Assembly: GCA_000934665.2 (NCBI GenBank)
Contig: JYFJ02007101.1
Coordinates: 1 to 33,686 of the forward strand
Direction: 5' to 3'
DNA length: 33,686 bases
Source: Catajapyx aquilonaris
Taxonomy: Eukaryota
Each line of letters starts with the position of its first letter. The first letter of the stretch is position 1. This document shows positions 1-11,125 of the stretch, piece by piece. Made by a program: the position numbers and the translations under genes. A model generated the notes under the pieces. The model did not search any database and had not been told where the DNA came from. It saw nothing but the letters and a program-made list of their open reading frames with translations.

Positions 1-396
1 TGTCCACTTCAATCTTCCTCCATTTATTTGTTCCAAGTACAAAATAGTTTGGAAGATGTAACAAAAATCTCTGGACTAGTATAAAGAACATATGTTTGTG
101 GCCAACTATCGGGTCATACTTTCCACAGTACTTGCACCACACCTGCATGGTCCGGCATGTGCTGCTGCAAAACTGATTTTTCAGTGAAGCCTTTCTTACA
201 CAGTATTCACACAACAGCATGCACTTTGGCATGCACTGCCATGTGCTTGTCCAATCCCTGCTTGTGCGCAAACCCTTTGTGTGCAGGAGAAGGGCCTTTC
301 TCCCGTGTGAGTTCGCATGTGGACAACCATGTTCGACTTTAATGTAAACCCCTTTCCACACACAGTGCAAGAAAAGGGTCTTTCTCCGGTGTGAGT

Positions 397-1557
397 TCAC
401 ATGTGCCGGTCCAAGTGGTACTTTTGTCCAAACACGTTTCCACACTCAGTGCACAAAAAGGGTTTTTCTCCAGTGTGAGTTCGCATGTGCTGGTCCAAGT
501 GGCACTTTTGTCCAAACCCCTTTCCGCACTCCGGGCAAGAAAAGGGTTTTCCACTCGTATGAGTTCCCATATGCTGGTCCAAGTTGCACTTTTGTCTAAA
601 CCCTTTTCTGCATACAGTACATGAAAAGAGCGCTTCTCCAGTGTGAGAAAACATGTGTCTATCCAATAGGCACTTTTGCTCAAATGTCTTAGCACATACC
701 CTGCAAGAGTATGTGTGGGTTTTCATATGCTTCCCCAACAGGTCCTTTCGATAGAAGCCCCTATTGCAGACGTCACAAAAATATTTCCTTTCACCGTGCA
801 CCTCACTGTGCAGAGTCAAATTCCTTTTATACTTGAATGATTTCTCGCAGATCATGCACTGGTGTGGTCCTTCATTTGGGTGGACCCTCCTGTGATACCC
901 TAATTGGCGACCAGTTTTAAACAACTTCAAGCATACGTTACAAGAAAAGACTTTCTGATTTACATTATTGCTCTCGTCATTGTCCAAACACTGTGATTCT
1001 TCAGGTGCTGGGAATCCAGAAGGCAGCCCTCCTGCGGCATCTATTCCAGTTGGCGGTTCACCCTCCTGAAAGAAGCCAACATATTGTATATTAGAACACA
1101 CTGCTGTACGACCTCATAGTCTTTCATTTCTGTGCACATGCATGACTCTTTAAGATGCGATTCAGTTTAAACAACTTCAGGCATACCTGACATGAAAACT
1201 CTTCCTGATCGTATGAGTTGTGTTGCACATTCAGCACTGTCTCATGCTCCATCTTGACAAACAGCTGCTCTTCCATGCTGTTGCTTCCTTCTTGCGGATA
1301 CTCCTGTAAATATCAGTCATGTACTGTACGCAGTTATTCGCATGCAAAAATGAATGCCACAAGTCCTTCCTTCACACCTCAATAATGAAGACGGCTATGA
1401 ATTTGCATGAGTCGTTGGGATTGTCATTATTAGTTATTATAAAAATGCTGATGAACAGTATTGTCTTGGCTTGTTCATTAACTAAGATCATAGGACAGAA
1501 ATGTAAGATTTTTTACAAAAGTAGAGAGGCTGTGAAAGTCCCACACCAATCAAGCAA

Positions 1558-1631
<74 letters not shown>

Positions 1632-3887
1632 TTAATATTAATAATAATAGATACCCCATTATCAGCCCTTTAGGCTTTATTAGGGGGGGATTTTTCCCAA
1701 TTTTTTTGTCTGGAACTCTCCATTTTTACTATACTTTTCATCGGAATTGAGGCAAGGATAGGTAAGGAAGGAAGCGGCTGTGGCCTATAATTACGGTAAC
1801 GACCCCGGAATTATCCTGCGGTGACCATGGGAAACCACAGAAAACCATGATCAGGGTTGCCGGCCTCCGGGATTCGAACCCAGGACCTCCCTATTAGCAG
1901 TCGGACACAATACCACTACACCCCTACTGCTTCGGTTCAATCAAGCAAATATATTTTTTCCTAATCACTTGTGCAAATGAAAATGATTAGGCATATAAAA
2001 AACGTCTTGTAATAGTAATTAGAGCGGAAATCATTGCTAATAATATTTGTTGCAAATGTACGAAGACTGTCTTATTCAACGAGCTACTGCGCAAACATAA
2101 GTTTACCGTATTTGACGGCATATAAGACGCACCCCCACTTCAGTAGATCATATACAGGAAAATAAAAGTTCTTAAGTGTATTTTCCCATATAAGATGCAA
2201 GGTCATTTCTTGAGCAATTTATTGGGGGGAATAGTGTCTCTCATATGACTTCAAATATGGTAATTAAAATTGTAGTGGGCATCTTGCCAGTTAATAAAAA
2301 TAATTGACGGCTCTGCCAGCCATCGGGGCGTATTTATCAATCGTGAAATTAACACCCTGCACTTCTATGCACTGTAAATAGAGGAAAATAACTGTGCTAC
2401 AAAAATATTATTAGCAACAAATTGTAATTTTAACAAGCTGATAATAATTGGACACTAATTTCTCTCATGACCAATCAATGTCCAATCGAACAAGGAAGTA
2501 AATTTCCCAATCAGTTCTGAAGAGGACATAAATTTTCACAAAATAAAAGCAGCATGCTCATATTCACCTTGGCGGTAATTCCTTGGCTCACTTTAAGAAG
2601 TCCTCCTGGTGGTTGTTGCTCCGAGATACTGTCACCTGTTTTCATGGCAGTGCTGGAAGAAGGCTGGCTCGGTTCATGCACTGGCACCAGAGGCGTCAAA
2701 CCCTCTTCCTATGAAAGGTTAAAGTAAAATATATTTTCGACAACACATGCTTCAAGCCCCTATAACATTTACCTAACGGGGTAAATGCATGCTGTAATAC
2801 ACTTTTCACATGTGAAATTGCCTCCCCTTTTCAACAAAAAATGTTCATTTTCCGATCGCTGTGCAAGTCACTGGTAAAAAGCGAGATTTTTGCAAACAAA
2901 TGTAATTTCCAAATGAGGGCCAAAGTCAAATGCCATCACATTGACATCAAAATGCGATCCAAAGTGTCCTCTCCCTGCGATACAAATGACATTTCGGAAG
3001 GAATTATAAGAAGTCGGTGTCAAATTACGGAAGAAAATAGTAGACTACGGAGGTGTGTATTCCGAGGCGAAACTCGGGGGTATAAAGGACTCTCAAGATG
3101 TGCTTGTTGCCAGTGCGTCACACTTTGCAGACAAATTCTAAACGCAAGCAATCTAAGCAGATCATCCTCCCAAACCAGATTGTACCTGATGCGAAGAGAC
3201 TTCATGATATTCCCAGGATGGTTGGAAACCCGCACTCTCTTCCTCCCAGTCCTCCTGCGAAAATAAGCATCGCAGTGTCTGATATCACGTTATACCTAAG
3301 GTGACGCACAATTTACCTCGCCATGAGGCTGTTGCTTAACAGTGGTGTCGTCAGGGATGGCCTGCTCCTCCTCCGCAGCCTGTTGCGACTCCCACTGGTC
3401 CTCAACCTCCACTTTGACGCAACTCACCGGCACTTCTTCTTGCGGCTGTTCTGCCGGCAACTCCTGACAGTGAGCTTCACTTGCAGGCGGCTCTGGAATT
3501 GAGCGGCACAGCGTTGATCCTACGCAGTGCAAACGGGACATATCAATGGAACCCTTTCGCTAATGCGCTTGTGTTGCTGTGAAGGGATGACCCACCGTCC
3601 CTCCCCGTGGCGTCTGCTGCTGTCCCACCACCAGCGGCGGCCTCCCTCCTCCTCCTCCGGCCGGCCATCCCTTCCCATGGTGGCCCTTCCCCCGCCCAGA
3701 GGAGGTCCTCCACCTTCCCCAGCAGCCTCCTCTCCATCTCCTCCATCCGGACCTCCATCTGGCCCAGCAGCTTCCAGGACACCTGGTCCCACCTGGACAC
3801 CAGCCCTTCCAGGAGGAGCCTGTTCCCCTCCACCGCGCCCAGCACCAGCCCCACACTGCCGACCATCTCCTGCTGGCCCATCTCCAT
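397..3887 (-). CDS. C2H2 ZnF gene unit A (about 496 aa), C-terminally truncated by a premature stop
   Basis: Exons 3887-3596, 3519-3317, 3254-3186, 2708-2568, 1303-1187, 1065-397, all GT..AG with compatible phases (1,0,0,0,0). Six intact fingers. CGA>TGA at 399-397 breaks finger 7, finger 8 follows in frame, and finger 9 has an 8-nt deletion near 280. Confidence 0.75.
1563..1937 (-). mobile_element. tRNA-derived SINE with (ATT)n tail and 16-bp TSD
   Basis: Minus-strand head has A-box-like GGTGTAGTGG and B box GGTTCGAATCCC. (AAT)n tail at about 1563-1648. TSD CAATCAAGCAAATATA at 1547-1562 and 1938-1953. Paralogous empty site at about 24124. Confidence 0.92.
2106..2260. mobile_element. pogo/Tigger-like MITE, ancestral to the duplications
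   Basis: TA-flanked imperfect TIRs, CCGTATTTGACGGCATATAAGACGCAC ... consensus GTCTTATATGCCGTCAAATACGG. Confidence 0.75.
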
Positions 3888-4048
3888 CCCTCTCAATTAG
3901 TATAATGCCCTAATTAATAATAATTAGCCGATTAATTAATAGCTCCTGGAACTGGAGAAGAGAGAGAAAATGTCTGGAGATATCACTAGTTCAATGAGTT
4001 GCCGAGTGGGGGCAGCACGTGACATTCAGGGTTTGGCCTATCCAAATT

Positions 4049-4090
4049 GGACCAAAGATGGCGGACAGTGTATGCCGCCATGTTTGGTCC
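4049..4090. promoter_or_regulatory. Inverted repeat containing two YY1/Pho-like motifs upstream of E1 (unit A)
   Basis: GGACCAAAGATGGCGG-N10-CCGCCATGTTTGGTCC, repeated at the same position in units C, E and G. Regulatory role is inferred. Confidence 0.5.
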
Positions 4091-4312
4091 AGAACTTAAA
4101 ATGAAACTTCCAGAGAACAAGCCTTGCTGTCCACTTCAATCTTCTTCAATTTATTTGTTCCAAGTTACCAAGTACAAAATAGTTTGGAAGATGTAACAAA
4201 TATCTCTTGACTGGTATAAAGAACATATGTTTGTGGCCAACTATCGGGTCATACTTTCCACAGTCCTTGCATCACACCCGCATGGTCCTGCACGTGCTGC
4301 TGTAAAACTGAT

Positions 4313-4999
4313 TTAAGCCGGATCTTTGGCATGCACTGCCATGTGCCTGTCCAGTACCTGCTGGTACGCAAACCGTTTGCAGCACATTGTGCAGGAGAAG
4401 GGCCTTTCTCCCGTGTGAGTTCGCATGTGGACAACCATGTTCGACTTTAATGTAAACCCTTTTCCACACTCCGTGCACGAAAAGGGTTTTTCTCCAGTGT
4501 GAGTTCGCATGTGCCGGTCCAAGCCATACTTTTGTCTAAACCCTTTTCTGCATACAGTACATGAAAACACTACAATGTGAGAAAACATGTGGCTTTCCAA
4601 TTGGCACTTTTGCTCAAATGTCTTAGCACATACCCTGCAAGAGTATGTGTGGGTTTTCAAATGCCTCCCCAACAGGTCCTTTCGATAGAAGCCCTGATTG
4701 CACACGTCACAAAAATATTTCCTTTCGCAGTGCACCTTGCTGTGCAGAGTCAAATTCTTCTTATACTTGAATAATTTGTTGCAGATCATGCACTGGTGTG
4801 GTCCTTCATTTGCGTGGAGCCTCATGTGAGACTTCAATTGGCGATCAGTTTTAAACAACTTCAGGCATACGTTACAAGAAAAGACTTTCTGATTTACATG
4901 AGCGCTCTCGTCATTGTCCAAACGGTGTGCTTCTTCAGGTGCTGAGAATCCAGAAGGCAGCCCTCCTGTGGTATTGATTCCAGTTGGCGGTTCATCCTC
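4313..4999 (-). CDS. Orphan ZnF exon B (7 fingers) with no E1-E5 of its own
   Basis: Open frame from acceptor TTCTTTCAG|GAG at 4999. Homology upstream ends at about 5050, followed by unrelated DNA and then the 3' end of unit C. Confidence 0.65.
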   Translation of the reverse strand, partial: EDEPPTGINTTGGLPSGFSAPEEAHRLDNDESAHVNQKVFSCNVCLKLFKTDRQLKSHMRLHANEGPHQCMICNKLFKYKKNLTLHSKVHCERKYFCDVCNQGFYRKDLLGRHLKTHTYSCRVCAKTFEQKCQLESHMFSHIVVFSCTVCRKGFRQKYGLDRHMRTHTGEKPFSCTECGKGFTLKSNMVVHMRTHTGERPFSCTMCCKRFAYQQVLDRHMAVHAKDPA

Positions 5000-5600
5000 C
5001 TGAAAGAAGCCAACATGCTGTATATTAGAATAACACGCTGCTGTACGACTGACTCTCTTCCATAGCCTAAGATACCGCATTAATAAAACCGGACACAAGA
5101 CAAGGTCCAAAAGCCAGCGTAGGGGCAGGGCCAATGACAGGAGCAAAAAATTGATCGCAGCAGGCGAATTTTTGGGGGTTAAGCTTCAAGGCCACACAAG
5201 CCTCGGTGAATTTTCGTTTAAGTTTTGTACATCCCCCCCATGCCCCTCCTAACATCGTCGATGAACTTCATTGTCGCATCGATCCTGTCCGCAGCGGCCA
5301 GGAGTGGTTCTGTATTACTGTTGGATGGCCGTGGTTCAAACCCTGTCCCCGCCACCTCTGCTTGTCCTGGTCTTTTTCCACTTTTCTCCCGACATGCCGG
5401 CGCCGAATACAACTTAAAATGAAACTTCCAATGTACAATCTTCAATTTATTTGTTCCAAGTGCAAAATAGTTTTGGTAAGACCACAGATGATTGTGGTTA
5501 CAAAAATGACACTGCCGCTGCCCTAGTACAAAAATAAATAAATTGAGGTCATTGGAAGTTTATCCAGAAAGTACATTTTCAATTGTCTACGTACACTATA

Positions 5601-5690
5601 CGAGGTGTGATCAAAAAGTTCCCAGACTGTGTTCATAAAAACATTAACATTCACTTATCGACAGTCCGGGAACTTTTTGATCACACCGTG
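5601..5690. mobile_element. 90-bp mariner-type MITE
   Basis: About 30-bp TIRs CGAGGTGTGATCAAAAAGTTCCCAGACTGT / ACAGTCCGGGAACTTTTTGATCACACCGTG. TA on both sides (5599-5600, 5691-5692). Empty site GTACACTATAGCCTTTT at about 17241. Confidence 0.92.
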
Positions 5691-6213
5691 TAGCCTTTTA
5701 CTGAACGGAAACATTGGTTTTTAAGAACTTATGATAAACCCATCAAATGTTTCATCCAAAGACATTTTCCGAGCAGCTGATGTGACAGCATTAGAACAAG
5801 AATGCAAAAAGAGCAGACAATATTGCGTGCTACGTACAATACCAATTGTAGACATTGCGTTTTAACAAAACCAAAGATATTATTGTGAAAAGTCGCAACT
5901 GCTACCCAGAGGCATCTGCCGCAACATTGGGGAAGATGGGTCAATGCAGAGGACACTGAAATGCTTGACTCTAACCAGTTCTGTATGAATGACTTCATTA
6001 CTTCTCATGACACCAGTTAGCATGTTCAATTAAGGGGGAAAAATCTTGAAACAAAAGAGAATATGGCACGTAACAAAAATTTCTGACTGGTTTGAAGAAC
6101 ATATATACGTCGCCAACTATGAATCGGGTCATACTTTCCACAGTCCTTGCACCACACAAAGGCACTTGCTGCTGCAAACCGGATTTTTCAGTGAAACGTT
6201 TCTTACACAGTAT

Positions 6214-8723
6214 TCACACAAAAGCCGGATCTTTGGCATGCACTGCCATGTGCCTGTCCAATACATGCTTGCGCGGAAACCCTTTGCAGCACAGCTTACA
6301 AGAAAAGGGCCTTTCTCCCGTGTGAGTTCGCATGTGGGCAACCAAGTTGCACTTTAATGTAAACCACTTTCCACACTCCGCGCAAGAAAAGGGTTTTTCT
6401 CCAGTGTGAGTTCGCATGTGCTGGTCCAAGTCAGACTTGCATCTAACCCCCTTTCCACACTCAGTGCACGAAAAGGGCCTTTCTCCCGTATGAATTTGCT
6501 TGTGGACGACCAAGCTGGACTTTAGTCTAAACCCTTTTCTGCATACAGTACATGAAAACAGCACTTCTCCAGTGTGAGAAGACATGTGGCTTTCCAATTG
6601 GCACTTTTGCTCAAACGTCTTTTCACATACCCTGCAAGAGTACCTGTGGGTTTTCAAATGCGTCCCCAACAGGTCCTTTCGAAAGAAGCCCTTATTGCAC
6701 ACGTCACAAAAAAAATTCCTTTCACCGTGCATCATGCTGTGCTTAGTCAAATTCTTTTTATACTTGAAAGATTTCTCGCACACCGTGCACTGGTGTGGTC
6801 CTTCATTTGCGTGGGGCCTCATGTGAGACTTCAATTGGCGATCAGTTTTAAACAACTTCAAGCATATGTTACAAGAAAAGACTCTCTCATTTACATTAGC
6901 ACTCTCGTGATTGTCCAATCGCTGTGCTTCTTCAGGTGCTGAGAATCCAGAAGGCAGCCCTCCTGCGACATCGGTTCCAGTTGGCGGTTCATCCTCCTGA
7001 AAGAAGCCAACATACTGCATATTAGACCACACTGCTGTACGACTACGTACAGTCTTTCATTTGTGTGCAGCTGCATGACTCTTTAATATGCGATTAAGTT
7101 TAAACAACTTCAGGCATACCTGACATGAAAACTCTTCCTGATCGTTTGAGTTGTGTTGCCCATTCAGCACTGTCTCATGCTCCATCTTGACAAAGAGCTG
7201 CTCATCCATGCTGCTTCCTTCTAGCGGATCCTCCTGAAAATATCAGTCATGTACTGTACGCAGTTATTCGCATGCAAAAGTGAATCCCACAAAAGTCCTT
7301 CCTTCACACCTCAATAATGAAGACGGCTACGAATTTGCATCCTTCTGTATGAGTCGTTGGTATTGTCATTACTAGTTATTATAAAAATGCTGACAAACAG
7401 AATTGTCTTGGCTTGTTGATTAACTAAGGTCATAAGACCGAAATGTAAGATTTTTTTACAAAAGCAGAGAGGCTGCGAAAGTCCCACGCCATTCAAGCAA
7501 ATATTTTTTACAAATCAAGTACGCAAATGAAAATGATTTGGCATATAAAAAACGTCTCGTAACAGTCATTAGAGTGGAAATTATTGCTAATAATATTTGT
7601 TGCAAAAGTACGAAGACTGTCTTATTCGACGAGCTACTGTGCAAACATTAATTTACAGTATTTTACGGCATATAAGACGTACGCCCACTTCAGCAGTTCA
7701 TATTCACGGGAAAAAAAAGTGTATTTTCGCACATAAGATGCAAGCCGATTTTTTGGGCAATTTCTTGGGGGAAAAGTGTAATTTCCAAATGGGGTCCAAA
7801 GTGTCCTCTATCTGCGATACAAACGACATTTTGGAAGGAATTATTAGACGTCGGTGTCAAATTACGGATGAAAATAGTAGACTATGGAGGTGTGATTTCA
7901 GAGGCAAAACTCAGGGGTAGAAAGGACTCCTTCAGGAATATATGTGCTTTGTTGCCAGTGCGTCATGCATTCCAGACTAATTCTTAACGCAAGCCGTCTT
8001 AGCAGATCATGCTCGCAAACCAGATTGTACCTGATGCGAAGAGACTTCATGATATTCCCAGGATGGTTGGAAACCCGCACTCTCTTCCTCCCAGTCCTCC
8101 TGCGAAAAGAAGCATCGCAGTGTCTGATATCACGTTATACCTAAGGTGACGCACAATTTACCTCGCCATGAGGCTGTTGCTTAACAGTGGTGTCGCCAGG
8201 GATGGCCTGCTCCTCCTCCGCAGCCTGTTGCGACTCCCACTGGTCCTCAACCTCCACTTTGACGCATCTCACCGGCACTTCTTCTTGCGGCGGTTCTGCC
8301 GGCAACTCCTGACAGTGCGCTTCACATGCAGGCGGCTCTGGAATTGAGCGGCACAGCGTTGATCCTACGCAATGCAAAGAGTACATATCAATGGAACCCT
8401 TGCGCTAAGGTGTTGAAGGGAGACCCACCGTCCCTCATCCCCGTGGCGTCTGCTGCTGTCCCACCACCAGCGGCGGCCTCCCTCCTCCTCCTCCGTCCGG
8501 CCATCCCTTCCCATGGTGGCCCTTCCCCCGCCCGGAGGAGGTCCTCCAGCTTCCCCAGCAGCCTCCTCTCCATCTCCTCCATCCGGACCTCCATCTGGCC
8601 CAGCAGCTTCCAGGACACCTGGTCCCACCTGGACACCAGCCCTTCCAGGAGGAGCCTGTTCCCCTCCACCGCGCCCAGCACCAGCCCCACACTGCCGACC
8701 ATCTCCTGCTGGCCCATCTCCAT
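6214..8723 (-). CDS. C2H2 ZnF gene unit C (about 487 aa, 8 fingers), intact, lacks E4
   Basis: Exons 8723-8429, 8364-8162, 8099-8031, 7233-7120, 6996-6214. E4 was removed by a deletion with junction near 7775; the frame is kept because the exons are phase 0. Confidence 0.8.
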
Positions 8724-8884
8724 CCCTCTCAATTAGTAACGCTCCCTAATTAGTAATTATAGCCGATTAATTAGCAGCTCCTGGAGAAGAGAGAGAGAGA
8801 GAAAAATGTCTGGAGATTTCACTAGTTCAATGAGTTGCCGAGTGGGGGCAGCACTTGACACTCAGGGTTTGGCCTATCCCATTT

Positions 8885-8928
8885 CGGACCAAAGATGGCG
8901 AACAGTGTACGCCGCCATGTTTGGTCCG
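8885..8928. promoter_or_regulatory. Inverted repeat with paired YY1/Pho-like motifs (unit C)
   Basis: CGGACCAAAGATGGCG ... CGCCATGTTTGGTCCG. Confidence 0.5.
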
Positions 8929-9094
8929 GATAAGGTTTGGCGGTCGAATTCAAACTGTTAATTATACTTCATCATCATTTACTTCACGGCATACATCCCG
9001 TGTACAGGGGTGACAATTTGCAATTATTGCACATCATGACGTCATTTACTCAACTAACACGTACATGAAATAATCCTCCAATTATATTGTACGA

Positions 9095-11125
9095 CTAGCA
9101 GGATACCCGGCGTTGCTCGGGTTATGAAATACTTTTCCATGTAGGTGTAGGCTAAGTCATTGATTTGCTAAGTAACCTTTGAAATAATTATGGCTATACA
9201 ATGTTGGCATACATGTAACATGGAGCATATTGCATGTGCATGAAGTCGAAACATCACAAACGTTACAAAGTGAAAAAACACACAAATGCAAAAAGATTGA
9301 AAACTACATGACACAGTACCTACGTAGACCACATTATGCCACACCTTATACCTTTATACCACACCTTAAACACGTTAAACCACATCCCATAACGACTTTT
9401 GAATATGGGTGATTTTCCAAATACTTACCATTTTCAAAGCAAGAATTAATGAATTTCAAAACTTGTTTTAAAAATCTGGAAAAATTCTCACTTACTCTAT
9501 ATGAGGTCACAAATCAGGGAAAAATATGGGGAACTAACTCTGATATTCTAATGCCAGGAGAGTGAATATTTCCAGGAGTTCGGGAGCCAGAAGAATGACC
9601 TATGCATGCAATAGGATTAATATCACGGTCCAGAACAAACGTTGTCTATGGAGATTTCGGTGGGTTCAAGAAGACCCTTCATTCCATGGAATCACAGTTA
9701 TTTCAAAACCTTTAAGCCATTATGTGACAGGGAAAAATGAGCCAGGAGTGTGAACTTTTAATTTCCGGGAGAAAAATGACCTTTGGATGCATTAGGATTA
9801 ATGTCACGGCCAAGAACAAACGTTGACTCTGGACATTTCTGTGGGTTCAAGAAGACCCTTCATGCCATGGAATCAGAGTTATTTCAAAACATTTAAGCTA
9901 TTTTGTGACATAGAAAAATGAGCCAGGAGTGTGAACTTTTTATTTCCGGGAAAACTCGGGACACACTTTGGAGTGATGCAGCAAGGTCATGTCAAATGAA
10001 TAAATCGTTTAAAAAATGTTGTTTTATACCTGCAACATTTAATTATAGTATTGAAACTTGTCTAATGTTAATAATGAAATTGTAAGAAAATATAGCATGC
10101 TTTAAAATGAGATCGGGACATGCCAAGAATAGTGATTTTAGGCCCTTTGACATTTTTTGCAGTAAAACTTAATTTAACATTTGTCTTTGTTTTCATGGGG
10201 ATGGCTAGGTGTCAACTGCTTCTCCAAATGTTTAAAAAATCAACTCGCTCAGTCAAGTCATTTTTGAGTTATTATGCTGGGACATGGTATTGGTAAGTTT
10301 TTGGAGAATCACCCTTATACATGGAGAATGTGGAGGTCCAAATTTAACAAAGGGGGAAAAAACAAATAAAAGCAAAACGATTGAAAACTACATGACAGAA
10401 CGTAACACAGTTCGGAACAGGAGAATTCCGACAAAAAGCACATGACACAGTATACGTAGAGGAAAAGGCATGGCAGAAAAAGTACGCCAAGAAAATCCCG
10501 ACAGGCTGCCTGAGCAAACAATAAACCACAACCGCGATTAGTCTACTATTCTTACACACAGCGCATTTGTAACACCAGCTCGAACCCTGGGCCTGCCCCG
10601 AGGCCGTAGGTGGACCGTGCCACCGTGTCTAGGGTAAAAATGGAATAAGATACCAGGATAGCAAGATATGGAACTTATATGAACAAAACGTGATGATTAC
10701 CTATAATTACACCAACATTCTCGTAACCAAGGTAACAGTGTGTAAGGACTTGGAAATGGAACAACGTATGCAGCCAGTGTGAGTACAAAACTCTGACCAA
10801 AGTACAGCCACCGTGTAGAAATGTAATAACACTGCTGAAGCGCTGCTGGAGGAGGGGGGAGGGGGGTGAGGGGAGGAGAGGAGGGAAGGACATGGTTTCC
10901 AGGGCAACTCAACAGCATTATTGGAACACAGGGGGCCAACTTCCCAAAGTACCTCCGCCTCCTGTGGCCAAGGAGGACCTCGGAGGTCAATTCCAATGCG
11001 CTAAGAACCTTCCCGGTAAAAAACTACCCCTGGTGATACCCCTGGGGCATATGTGGAGGCCTCCGTGTGGATTTGCATAGGTCACAGACATCCAGACAGA
11101 TATAGGTCTTGAAATATGTATTAGA
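9095..11125 (-). mobile_element. Complete non-autonomous Helitron (2031 bp)
   Basis: Minus strand starts TC (TCTAATACATATT) and ends CTAG, with a subterminal hairpin at 9105-9122. Inserted between A and T with no TSD. Empty site TTGTACGA|TTGCTGAT at 14456/14457. No Rep/helicase ORF. Confidence 0.9.
9590..9952. repeat. Diverged tandem duplication with about 181-bp period inside the Helitron
   Basis: TGGGTTCAAGAAGACCCTTCAT occurs at 9661 and 9842, and the flanks align on both sides. Confidence 0.85.

Noticed and set aside
1066..1101. MCSNIQYVGFFQ as the N-terminus of single-exon ZnF genes
   Set aside because: It starts at GTG in most copies, has an in-frame TAG in D and G, and reads as a branch point plus pyrimidine tract plus CAG acceptor.
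1319..1750. Plus-strand ORF with poly-Asn
   Set aside because: The run is the SINE's (AAT)n tail and is absent from paralogous sites.
3020..3235. Recurrent ORF MRVSNHPG...RYNLV
   Set aside because: Wrong frame over E3 running into the intron. Length and stops vary among copies.
3527..3913. Pro/Ser-rich plus-strand ORFs and alternative-frame ORFs over E1 (all copies)
   Set aside because: Shadows of a GC-rich exon. Only one minus frame joins E2 in phase.
5290..5355. B-box-like GGTTCAAACCC in unique DNA
   Set aside because: No clear A box, tail or TSD, so there is too little to call a SINE.
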